Shown here one piece after another: positions 49,854 through 59,159 of a stretch of 64,000 nt of DNA. The notes under the pieces were generated by a model. The model was not told the DNA's origin. It saw nothing but the letters and a program-made list of their open reading frames with translations, and did no database searches. Each line of letters begins with the position of its first letter. The first letter of the stretch is position 1. Origin of the DNA: Candidatus Omnitrophota bacterium (GTDB lineage Bacteria > Omnitrophota > Gorgyraeia > Zapsychrales > Zapsychraceae); contig JAJDCA010000014.1 of assembly GCA_029261055.1 (NCBI GenBank), forward strand, positions 5,295-69,294. The letters are read 5' to 3'. The translations under genes were made by a program, and so were the position numbers.

Positions 49854-51863
49854 ATGACGATTAATTTTAAAGAACGAGCCAATTTTATCTGGAGTATTGC
49901 TGATCTCCTGCGCGGTGATTATAAGCAGTCAGAATATGGCCGGGTGATTTTGCCTTTAACAGTTTTACGGCGGCTTGATTGCGTGCTTGATCCAACCAAA
50001 GCGAAAGTTTTAGATGCCCTTCCTAAAGTTAAGAAGTTTTCTCCAACAGCCGCAGAGGAAGTGCTGAAACGTAAAGCAAAATTGTCCTTTTATAATAAAA
50101 GTAAATTTGATTTCCAAAGGCTAGCGGCGGATCCCAATGATATTGCCGCTAATTTACGTAATTACCTGAACGGGTTTTCCAGGAATGCACGTACCATTCT
50201 GGAGCATTTTAATTTTATTGAGCATATTGAACGTTTGGATAAATCTAATCTCCTTTACAAAATTGTCAAACGCTTTGCGGAAATCGATCTTCACCCGGAT
50301 AAAGTTAAGAATATTGAAATGGGTTATATTTTTGAGGAGCTTATCAGAAAATTTGCTGAAATATCCAATGAGACAGCCGGGGAGCATTTTACACCACGGG
50401 AAGTTATTCGTCTGATGGTCAACGTTTTATTTTTAAATGACAAAGACGTTTTGACTAAAAAAGGGATTGTTAAAACCATTTATGATCCGGCCTGCGGAAC
50501 AGGCGGGATGCTTTCGACGGCAGAGGAATATTTACTTGAGTTAAACCCTGACGCAGATTTACGTGTGTTTGGTCAGGAAATTAATCCTGAAACTTATGCT
50601 GTTTGCAATTCTGATATTCTTATTAAAGGGCAGAATGCCGATCAAATTAAATTTGGCAATTCATTTACTCAAGACGGGTTAAAAGATGAAAAGTTTGACT
50701 ACATGCTAAGCAATCCTCCGTTTGGTGTCGAGTGGAAAAAGGTTGAGGCCGAAATTAGGAAAGAACATGACAAACTTGGGTTTACCGGCCGGTTCGGTGC
50801 AGGTTTGCCGCGTATTAGTGATGGTTCATTTTTGTTTTTACAGCATATGATTTCTAAAATGCGCTCTGCAAATGGCGGAGCGCGTTTAGGCATTGTTTTT
50901 AACGGTTCACCGCTTTTTTCAGGTGGTGCCGGCAGCGGCGAGAGTGAAATTCGAAGATGGATTATTGAAAACGATATGCTCGAAGCGATTATTGCTCTGC
51001 CTAATCAACTTTTTTATAACACAGGCATTGCGACGTATATTTGGATTGTGACAAATCGTAAAGAAAAAAAGCGTAAAGGAAAGATTCAATTGATCAACGC
51101 CGCGTCTTTTTTTCAGAAGATGTCGAGAAGCCTTGGCAATAAACGTAATGAAATCGGAGACAAACACATTGCAGAGATTACGCGGATTTATGGGAATTTT
51201 AAAAAAGGAGAGTTCTGCAAAATATTCGATAATAACTATTTCGGTTACACACGGGTGACCGTTGAGCGTCCGCTTAAGTTGAATTTTATGGCAATCCCAG
51301 AAAGAATCGCACGACTGGAGAATGAATCGGTATTTAAGAATTTAGCGAAATCAAAGAAAAAGGGTAATAAGGCATTAACAGAAAATGAAACAGGAGAAAA
51401 ATATCAAAAATTGATTAAAGATGCACTTGGATCCTTGAATGCCAAAAAAATATATAAAAACCGTGAGAAATTTATTGATGATTTGAAATCAGCGTTTGAG
51501 AAAAATGGGGATAATGTCAAGTCTCCGATTATCAAAATGATCATTAAAGCCCTCAGCGAGCGGGATGAAACAGCGGACGTATGTCTTGATGCCAAAGGCA
51601 ATTCCGAACCCGATTCAGAACAACGCGATTATGAAAACGTGCCTTTGCAGGATGATATTGAAAAATATTTTAAGCGGGAAGTTCTACCGCATGTTCCGGA
51701 CGCGTGGATGGATCGAAGCAAAGATAAAGTCGGATACGAAATCAATTTTACTAAGGAATTTTATAAATACAAACCTCTGCGAAGTCTTGAAGAAATTCGT
51801 AAGGATATTCTGGCTCTTGAGAAAGAGACAGAAGGGCTTTTGGAGGAAGTATTACATGGATAA
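49854..51863 (+). CDS. hsdM: Type I restriction-modification system methyltransferase subunit
   Basis: 669 aa with NPPFG (motif IV) and DPACGTGGML (motif I). Confidence 0.9.
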   Translation: MTINFKERANFIWSIADLLRGDYKQSEYGRVILPLTVLRRLDCVLDPTKAKVLDALPKVKKFSPTAAEEVLKRKAKLSFYNKSKFDFQRLAADPNDIAANLRNYLNGFSRNARTILEHFNFIEHIERLDKSNLLYKIVKRFAEIDLHPDKVKNIEMGYIFEELIRKFAEISNETAGEHFTPREVIRLMVNVLFLNDKDVLTKKGIVKTIYDPACGTGGMLSTAEEYLLELNPDADLRVFGQEINPETYAVCNSDILIKGQNADQIKFGNSFTQDGLKDEKFDYMLSNPPFGVEWKKVEAEIRKEHDKLGFTGRFGAGLPRISDGSFLFLQHMISKMRSANGGARLGIVFNGSPLFSGGAGSGESEIRRWIIENDMLEAIIALPNQLFYNTGIATYIWIVTNRKEKKRKGKIQLINAASFFQKMSRSLGNKRNEIGDKHIAEITRIYGNFKKGEFCKIFDNNYFGYTRVTVERPLKLNFMAIPERIARLENESVFKNLAKSKKKGNKALTENETGEKYQKLIKDALGSLNAKKIYKNREKFIDDLKSAFEKNGDNVKSPIIKMIIKALSERDETADVCLDAKGNSEPDSEQRDYENVPLQDDIEKYFKREVLPHVPDAWMDRSKDKVGYEINFTKEFYKYKPLRSLEEIRKDILALEKETEGLLEEVLHG

Positions 51864-52494
51864 CGGGAGCGGTAAACAACAAAATAAAAATTGGTTTGGT
51901 CAAAATTGGATAGCTTTAATTGCGCTTTTAATCTCAATTTTCTCGGTTTTTTATACCCATTTGAATTATGGCCTTCAGACTAAGTTATCTCATTTGCAGA
52001 TAAAACCAATGATAAAAACGTATTTTGATTTGCCTGTTGATAAAAATCCTATTTTTGTTGTGGCTAATGAAGGTAGTGTCCCAGCAGTATCTCTTAGCTG
52101 TGGTTATTATGTTTTCACATTTAATAAGAATCAGAAAAAAGTTGTGGTGGCAGGTAAGGCAGGACGAGTTTTTAGCCCAGGAGTGATATATAAAGAACTT
52201 TTTAACCCAACAGACTACGAATCAATGGAGTTGGTCGGAGTATCATCTGCCGAGAATACTCTTGTAATTTATCAATTTGATTTAATTTATTTTCGTAAAC
52301 AAGATATGGATGAATATTCAAGAAGGGAATATTATTTTGTAGATAATGGGCGTTTATTATCGCATTCGGAATATCGTTTGGATCCATTGTATCGTGATGT
52401 AATGTATCAGATTTCTCAGACAATTATTCCTGATTCTCAGTGGGATTCGGGTGCTTTGAGACAATATTTAGAAAATCAATCTGAATTTAAATGA
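51856..52494 (+). CDS. membrane-anchored hypothetical protein embedded between hsdM and hsdS (212 aa)
   Basis: ATG at 51856 overlaps the hsdM stop. One N-terminal transmembrane helix. No recognisable motif. Confidence 0.5.
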   Translation: MDNGSGKQQNKNWFGQNWIALIALLISIFSVFYTHLNYGLQTKLSHLQIKPMIKTYFDLPVDKNPIFVVANEGSVPAVSLSCGYYVFTFNKNQKKVVVAGKAGRVFSPGVIYKELFNPTDYESMELVGVSSAENTLVIYQFDLIYFRKQDMDEYSRREYYFVDNGRLLSHSEYRLDPLYRDVMYQISQTIIPDSQWDSGALRQYLENQSEFK

Positions 52495-52498
52495 AAGT

Positions 52499-53818
52499 AT
52501 GAATAGATATTTAGAATATAAAGATTCAGGGATAGAATGGGTTGGTAAAATTCCAAAGGATTGGGCATTGAAACGTCTCAAGTTTGTTTCTAAGATTAAT
52601 CCTTCGAGATCATTAAATATTTCAGAAAATACTCAGTGTGCCTTTATCCCAATGGCGGCGATGAATACTGATGGAAATTTTGATCAATCTGAGCGCCATC
52701 CGCTATCAAAACTCAAAAGTGGTTTTACGTATTTTGTTAAAGATGATGTTATCTTTGCAAAAATAACCCCGTGTTTTGAAAATGGTAAAGGGGCTTTGCT
52801 AGCTAATTTGGAAAGTGAAATTGGGTTTGGTTCGACAGAATTTCATGTATTACGACCTGGAAAAGGATGGACATTATCAGCATTTCTTTATTATATTACA
52901 ATATCAGGGCAATTTCGGCGAATCGGTGAAGCTTTCATGCAGGGAGTAGCTGGACAAAAGCGAGTAACAAATGATTTTGTTGAAAATTATGTTGTGGCAG
53001 TTCCTTCGGTTGATGAACAAAAAATTATTACCGATTACTTGGATTGTAAGACGGCGCAGATTGATGACTTGATCGCCAAAAAAAAACGGATGATTGAGCT
53101 GCTTAAAGAGGAGCGGATGGCTGTAATCAATCAGGCGGTGACAAAGGGGCTTGATCCAAACGTCGAGATGAAGGATTCCGGAATTGAATGGCTTGGCAAA
53201 ATTCCGAAGCATTGGAAATTAAAGAAACTTAAATATGTGGTTAGGATAAACAAAGACTCATTATCAGAAACAGTTAGAGAAAATTATGCGTTTAATTACA
53301 TTGACATTGGTAGTGTTGACTTAGAGGAAGGGTTTAATCTGGGGGAGAAAATTAATTTTGTCGATGCACCCTCAAGAGCCAGGCGGATTGTTAGCAAGGG
53401 GGATACAATCATATCCACTGTTAGGACATATTTAAAAGCAATTGCATATATCGAGAATGATGTTAGAGATATGATAGTTTCAACAGGTTTTGCAGTAGTG
53501 TGTCCTGGTAGTGAAATAGAATCGGAATTTCTTTATTATGTTTTAAGAAGTGAGAAAATTATTGATCGCATTTGTGCCATTTCTGTGGGGGTAAGTTATC
53601 CTGCGATTAATGCATCAGATTTATCAAATACAGTTATTTGGTATCCAAAAGAGAAGGAAGAGCAAAAACGAATTACTCAACAACTTGATAGGGAACTTTT
53701 AAAGTCGAAAAGGATAATTCAAAAACTGTATAGTGAAATAGAATTATTCCAAGAATACCGCACCTCACTTATTTCTGAAGTGGTGACGGGGAAGATTGAT
53801 GTTCGGGGAGGAAGTTAA
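52499..53818 (+). CDS. hsdS: Type I restriction-modification specificity subunit (two target-recognition domains)
   Basis: Duplicated architecture: GIEWVGKIPKDWALKRLKFV and GIEWLGKIPKHWKLKKLKYV start the two target-recognition domains, with the central conserved coiled region in between. Confidence 0.85.
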   Translation: MNRYLEYKDSGIEWVGKIPKDWALKRLKFVSKINPSRSLNISENTQCAFIPMAAMNTDGNFDQSERHPLSKLKSGFTYFVKDDVIFAKITPCFENGKGALLANLESEIGFGSTEFHVLRPGKGWTLSAFLYYITISGQFRRIGEAFMQGVAGQKRVTNDFVENYVVAVPSVDEQKIITDYLDCKTAQIDDLIAKKKRMIELLKEERMAVINQAVTKGLDPNVEMKDSGIEWLGKIPKHWKLKKLKYVVRINKDSLSETVRENYAFNYIDIGSVDLEEGFNLGEKINFVDAPSRARRIVSKGDTIISTVRTYLKAIAYIENDVRDMIVSTGFAVVCPGSEIESEFLYYVLRSEKIIDRICAISVGVSYPAINASDLSNTVIWYPKEKEEQKRITQQLDRELLKSKRIIQKLYSEIELFQEYRTSLISEVVTGKIDVRGGS

Positions 53819-54550
53819 ATGTTTAGCGAAAATAGATTTTATAATATTTATTGTGATGAAAGCTGTCATTTAGAGAATGATCATCAGAAAGTAATGACCC
53901 TTGGCGCACTTTGGTGTCTTAATGATGTTAAAAGGGATATGTTTTCTAAGATAAGAGAGATAAAGCGAGAACATGGCTTACCAAATCATTTTGAGATCAA
54001 ATGGACGAAGGTATCTCCTGCAAAGATAGATTTTTATATTGATATTTTAAAGACTTTTTTTGACGAATCAGATTTGCATTTTAGGGCGGTGATTATCAAA
54101 AACAAAGAGCATCTAGATCATACAAAGTTTGCAGGGCAGGATCATGACGTTTGGTACTACAAAATGTTTTTTTGTTTATTGAATGTTATTTTAGAGCCGC
54201 ATGCTTGTTATAAAATTTATCTTGATAAAAAAGACACTAGGGGTGCTGATAAAATTATCAAATTACATGATGTTTTGTGTAACCATCGATATGATTTTTC
54301 AAAAGAAATAATTCAGAATGTGCAGTCAGTTCATTCTCATGAGATAGAACTTCTTCAAGTGGCCGATCTTTTAATAGGAGCAGTTGGATATGTCAATAGA
54401 GGGATTAATACTAGCGAGGCAAAGTCTAAATTAATTTCGTACATCCGGGAACGTTCAGGGTATAGTTTATTAGCAACGACTCTTTTAAAAGAGGAAAAAA
54501 TGAATTTATTTTTTTGGGAGCCTAAGAAAGGTTTAGATAATGGCGAGTGA
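53819..54550 (+). CDS. DUF3800-family protein
   Basis: IYCDESCH near the N-terminus and LLQVADLLIGAVGY near the C-terminus match the DUF3800 pattern. Confidence 0.6.
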   Translation: MFSENRFYNIYCDESCHLENDHQKVMTLGALWCLNDVKRDMFSKIREIKREHGLPNHFEIKWTKVSPAKIDFYIDILKTFFDESDLHFRAVIIKNKEHLDHTKFAGQDHDVWYYKMFFCLLNVILEPHACYKIYLDKKDTRGADKIIKLHDVLCNHRYDFSKEIIQNVQSVHSHEIELLQVADLLIGAVGYVNRGINTSEAKSKLISYIRERSGYSLLATTLLKEEKMNLFFWEPKKGLDNGE

Positions 54551-55094
54551 AATTGATTGGCTGCCAGAGCTAGTAATTTTTGAAAGCTATGATAACAATT
54601 GGAATAAATACTTAGAAGCTTTGTATGGATTTTACAAAATTGATTTTTTGGACAATAAGCCTAAATATAAAAATAAGGATGTTGGTGTTAAAAGACTCCC
54701 TATGTATGAGGGAAAAGAATCTAATTTTTGGCATTTGATTCAAGAGAGTTACCAGACTAAGGAGGAAGAAGATCGTATTCCTGATTTGCGAAGATGTGAA
54801 AGAATACGATGGCCGAAACCAATTATCGAAAATGTAAAAAATTCAAGGGTGTTAGTTTGGGAAAATACAAGGCACAATAAGGCTGGAATTGAGAATAATG
54901 TATGTTTTTGGTTTAAAAATAAAGAATATTTAGTTGTTTTACGAAAGAGAAAAAAGTATTTCTTGCTTTGGACTGCTTATCCGGTGATAAAAGAACATAC
55001 GAAAAGAAAATTGTGGAAGGAATATGAGGCGTATAAAAAAGCTGGGGACGCCATTTCTGACGACCCCGTTACTCCTTCTACACATGGTAGATGA
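54540..55094 (+). CDS. hypothetical protein whose start overlaps the DUF3800 gene (184 aa)
   Basis: 11-nt overlap implies translational coupling. Basic and aromatic-rich, unrecognised. Confidence 0.45.
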   Translation: MASEIDWLPELVIFESYDNNWNKYLEALYGFYKIDFLDNKPKYKNKDVGVKRLPMYEGKESNFWHLIQESYQTKEEEDRIPDLRRCERIRWPKPIIENVKNSRVLVWENTRHNKAGIENNVCFWFKNKEYLVVLRKRKKYFLLWTAYPVIKEHTKRKLWKEYEAYKKAGDAISDDPVTPSTHGR

Positions 55095-55155
55095 GCTATT
55101 TAAAATATAACATACAAAATTATGAAAAACAAAGGAAAATTAGTTCAAAAAATAA

Positions 55156-55338
55156 ATGATAGAATCTAACCACAATCAAAGCGTTAAGATTGAAATAAAA
55201 ACACCTGCGGAGGAAAAGTCCTTGCAGGCTGTGGATTGTGTAAGCTGGGCCATATTCAGGAAACTGGAGTATAGGGATGATACGTATTACAATACCATCA
55301 GGGAAAAGATCATTGAAGAAAACCCTTTGTTTCCCTAA
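55156..55338 (+). pseudogene. possible C-terminal remnant of a second DUF3800-like gene
   Basis: The 60-aa ORF contains SLQAVDCVSWAIFRKLE, resembling the DUF3800 C-terminal LQ.AD....A motif. No N-terminal part is present. Confidence 0.3.
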
Positions 55339-55520
55339 GAATGATAAAGCCTCATTCGCTATTTACGAGGAACCCTGCGGAACCCCACGGATGAGGACTT
55401 ACTTATCTAGATCGACCGGGAATCCCCAGTCCTTTTTATATCTAATGTAAGTATATGCTATAGGTTGACATTTATCAACTAGAAAGCTATACCTTTTGTG
55501 TGGGTAAAAATCGAGCTAAA

Positions 55521-58500
55521 ATGAGATCAATAACCAATGAAAAAGCCTTTGAAGAATTAATTGAGCAGTGCCTTTTGAAGAGTGGCGGTTATGTAAAAGG
55601 AGATCCTGCGAAGTTCAATCGTGGATTGGCTATGGATACGGTTGTGCTTCTTCAGTTTATTCAGGCCACACAGAAAAATGTTTGGGATGAGCTTGTAAAA
55701 ATTCACGGAATAGATGCTGAACCAAAGTTTCTTTATCGACTTAATCAGGAACTTGAAACGAGAGGTATGTTAGATTGTTTGCGCAACGGAATCATTGATT
55801 ACGGTAAGAAATTTAAATTGGCCTTTTTTAAGCCAGTCAGCGGGCTTAACCCTGAAACGCAGGAATTATATGGCAAGAATGTTCTTACGGTGACAAGGCA
55901 AGTGCGTTATTCCACAAAGGATGAAAGTTCAATTGATATGCTTCTTAGCCTTAACGGTCTTCCTATGGCCACTATTGAACTTAAGAATGCTTTTACCGGA
56001 CAAAATGTTAATAATGCCAAGCAGCAATATAAATATGACAGGAATGCGCAAGAGCTTTTATTCCAATTCAAGAAGCGTGCGCTTGTCCATTTTGCGGTGG
56101 ATACGGATGAGGTTTATATGACCACCCGGCTGCAGGGAAGCAAAACACGGTATTTGCCTTTTAACCGTGGTGTCAATAAAGGGGCTGGTAATCCTATTAT
56201 TGAGGGGAAGCATAAGACCCATTATTTATGGGAGGAAGTTTTTGTTAAAGATAGTTGGATGGATATTTTGGCGAGATTTGTTCATCTTCAGATTGAAGAT
56301 TTCTTGATTGAGGGTAAAAAAGTTAAAAAGGAAAAGATGATATTCCCGCGGTACCATCAGCTGGATGTTGTAAGAAAGATTGCGAGTCATTCTTTAGCGA
56401 ATGGAGCTGGAGAAAATTATCTCATTCAGCATAGTGCCGGAAGCGGTAAAAGTAACTCTATTGCTTGGCTTTCCTATCATTTAGCCAGTCTTCATGGTAA
56501 GACGGACGAAAGAGTATTTGATTCAGTGATTGTTGTGACAGACCGGCTTGTGCTTGATCAGCAGCTTCAGGATACGATTTATCAATTTGAACATAAACGG
56601 GGCGTAGTTGAAAGAATTGATAAGGATTCTCAACAATTGGCAGATGCATTATCCGGCGGAACAAATATTATTATCACGACACTTCAGAAATTTCCGTTTG
56701 TCCTCGATAAAGTTAAAGAACTCCCTAAGCGGAATTATGCTGTTATTGTGGATGAGGCGCATAGCTCTCAGGGAGGAGAAATGGCTAGTGACCTTAAAAA
56801 AATTTTGATGCTTAGAGATGAAGAAGATGTTGAAGATGGTCTTAGGGAAATGATGCATGCTCGTGGTCCTCAATCGAATGTAAGTTATTTTGCGTTTACG
56901 GCCACACCTAAAGCAAAAACGATTGAGATGTTTGGACAAAAAGACGATGATGGTAAGCCACAACCTTTTCATCTTTATTCGATGCGGCAGGCAATTGAGG
57001 AAGGATTTATTTTAGATGTCTTGCAGAATTATATGTCCTATAAAATATTCTTTCAGTTATCCAAGAAAATTGAGGAAGACCCTGCCGTCAATAAGAAAAA
57101 AGCCGCCCAGGCGATTGCGCGATTTTTAACGCTTCATCCGCATAATCTTGCACAAAAAACAGAGATCATTATTGAACATTTTAGGCAAGTGACCATGAGA
57201 AAAATTGGAGGTAAAGCCAAGGCAATGGTGGTTACTGCTTCGCGGGAGCATGTTGTGCGTTATAAACAGGGATTTGATAGATATCTTAAGGAAAAGGGAT
57301 ATTCAGGCATTAAAGCATTAGTTGCGTTTTCTGGGAAAGTGCTATTAGATGGGATCCCACCAGAATATACAGAGGTAAAGATGAATAATTGTGGGGAAAA
57401 GGAGCTCCCTGAGAAGTTTAGCACATCTGAATATCAGTTATTGCTGGTGGCGGAAAAGTATCAAACCGGGTTTGACCAACCTTTACTGCATACAATGTAT
57501 GTCGACAAACGGCTTGATGGTGTTAAAGCTGTTCAGGCCTTGAGCCGTTTAAATAGAATGCATCCGGGAAAAGACGATACTTTTGTGCTTGATTTTGTGA
57601 ACCAGCGAGAAGATATTCTTAACGCGTTTCAACCCTATTATGAACGAACAACATTGGTCGATACAACCGACCCTAATAAATTGTACGACCTTAAAAATAA
57701 AATTGATACGTTTAAAGTCATCGACTACGGGGACGTTGATGTGTTTTCTTCTGTGTTTTTTAAAGATAAAAAATTGCACAACAAGACCGAGCACGCCCAG
57801 TTAAATGCCTTGGTCGATAAAGCTGTTGAACGCTACGAAGCGATTGAGAAAGAAGAAGACAGAGAGGATCTGGCTAATACTTGCCGAGTCTTTACTCGTT
57901 TGTATGCCTTTTTAGCACAGATTATGCCGTTTAGTGATGTTGAACTTGAGAAGTTTTACGCATACATACGATTATTTCTTAAGAAACTTCCTAAAAGAAC
58001 GAATGATGGTCGCTTTACACTCGATGATGAGGTTGCTTTGGAATATTATCGATTACAAAAAATTGCAGAGGGAAAGATTGAATTACAAAAAGGCGTAGAT
58101 GCCGGGCTTAAGCCTGTTAATGAAGCGGGGACAAAAAAAGATAAAGAAGAATATAAGCGCTTATCAGAAATTATTAAAATTATTAATGATCACTTTGGAA
58201 CCGATTTTACGGAGGCCGATAAATTATTTTTTGACCAAATTGAGGAGGAGCTTGTTTTAGATGAAAAGTTGGGACTGCAGGCTAAAAACAATACGATTGA
58301 GAATTTTAAGTATGGATTTGAGGATATTTTTGTTAGCAAGCTTGTCGATCGGATGGATCAGAACGAGGATCTTTTTAATAAGATCATGGAGGACAAAGCC
58401 TTCGCTGCTGTTGTGAAAGATTATTTGCTAAAGAAGGTGTATCAAAGATTAAATGTGCGTAGTGGGGTCGTTGAAGAAGCTGAGTCATTTTTGCGGGACT

Positions 58501-58982
58501 TGGTTTCAGATGAGGCAATAACACCTGCACAGCGTAAAACGCATGTTCGTGTTTGTTCTCTTGAAGCGATGGCGACATCGTTTCAGGAACAGCGAAGACC
58601 TGAGGTTATTGGTTGGAAAGAAATGAAGGGTGTTTTTAAGTTAAATAAAGATATGTTTATTGCTCAAGTTGTCGGCAAATCTATGGAACCGACACTTAAA
58701 GATGGCAGTTGGTGTTTATTTCGTCCGGATCAGGGGGGATCCCGAAATAATAAAATCGTTTTGGTTGAGTCGGAGTATATTACTGATTCTGAAACAATGA
58801 AGAATTATACGATTAAGCGATATTTTAGTAAAAAGACGGACGGCGAGGATGAAGACAGCTTCCGGCATACAAAAATTATATTAAAGCCGGATAATAAAGA
58901 ATTTCCGGATATTATATTACCCGAAGAAACTAGGGAAGATGAATTTCACGTTGTTGCGGAGTTTGTGAAGGTGGTGGGTTAG
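55521..58982 (+). CDS. hsdR: Type I restriction endonuclease subunit HsdR fused to a C-terminal S24 (LexA/UmuD/CI-like) peptidase domain
   Basis: SF2 helicase motifs (SAGSGKS Walker A, DEAH, FTATP). The last ~125 aa carry VVGKSMEPTLKDGSWCLF (catalytic Ser motif), YTIKRYF (catalytic Lys) and LKPDNKEFPDIIL. Confidence 0.8.
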   Translation: MRSITNEKAFEELIEQCLLKSGGYVKGDPAKFNRGLAMDTVVLLQFIQATQKNVWDELVKIHGIDAEPKFLYRLNQELETRGMLDCLRNGIIDYGKKFKLAFFKPVSGLNPETQELYGKNVLTVTRQVRYSTKDESSIDMLLSLNGLPMATIELKNAFTGQNVNNAKQQYKYDRNAQELLFQFKKRALVHFAVDTDEVYMTTRLQGSKTRYLPFNRGVNKGAGNPIIEGKHKTHYLWEEVFVKDSWMDILARFVHLQIEDFLIEGKKVKKEKMIFPRYHQLDVVRKIASHSLANGAGENYLIQHSAGSGKSNSIAWLSYHLASLHGKTDERVFDSVIVVTDRLVLDQQLQDTIYQFEHKRGVVERIDKDSQQLADALSGGTNIIITTLQKFPFVLDKVKELPKRNYAVIVDEAHSSQGGEMASDLKKILMLRDEEDVEDGLREMMHARGPQSNVSYFAFTATPKAKTIEMFGQKDDDGKPQPFHLYSMRQAIEEGFILDVLQNYMSYKIFFQLSKKIEEDPAVNKKKAAQAIARFLTLHPHNLAQKTEIIIEHFRQVTMRKIGGKAKAMVVTASREHVVRYKQGFDRYLKEKGYSGIKALVAFSGKVLLDGIPPEYTEVKMNNCGEKELPEKFSTSEYQLLLVAEKYQTGFDQPLLHTMYVDKRLDGVKAVQALSRLNRMHPGKDDTFVLDFVNQREDILNAFQPYYERTTLVDTTDPNKLYDLKNKIDTFKVIDYGDVDVFSSVFFKDKKLHNKTEHAQLNALVDKAVERYEAIEKEEDREDLANTCRVFTRLYAFLAQIMPFSDVELEKFYAYIRLFLKKLPKRTNDGRFTLDDEVALEYYRLQKIAEGKIELQKGVDAGLKPVNEAGTKKDKEEYKRLSEIIKIINDHFGTDFTEADKLFFDQIEEELVLDEKLGLQAKNNTIENFKYGFEDIFVSKLVDRMDQNEDLFNKIMEDKAFAAVVKDYLLKKVYQRLNVRSGVVEEAESFLRDLVSDEAITPAQRKTHVRVCSLEAMATSFQEQRRPEVIGWKEMKGVFKLNKDMFIAQVVGKSMEPTLKDGSWCLFRPDQGGSRNNKIVLVESEYITDSETMKNYTIKRYFSKKTDGEDEDSFRHTKIILKPDNKEFPDIILPEETREDEFHVVAEFVKVVG

Positions 58983-59159
58983 AAATGATATATGACTCGA
59001 ATTGATAACCAAACAAGTTCGGCATTTTTCTAGATAGGGACAAATTGTCCCCAGATAGAAATGCCAGAAAAGAAACCAAAAAAGAGTTGGCAGAAGCGTT
59101 GTTTCGAAACAGAATTTTGTAGATAAAGATGATCAATTAGAACTGGAAAATCAAAAATA

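Noticed and set aside
49745-59159. Direct repeats or att-like duplication flanking the Type I restriction-modification island
   Set aside because: Only weak partial similarity was found by eye (AATCAAT..AAAAAT-like stretches) and no convincing direct repeat. It cannot be supported without a computed alignment.
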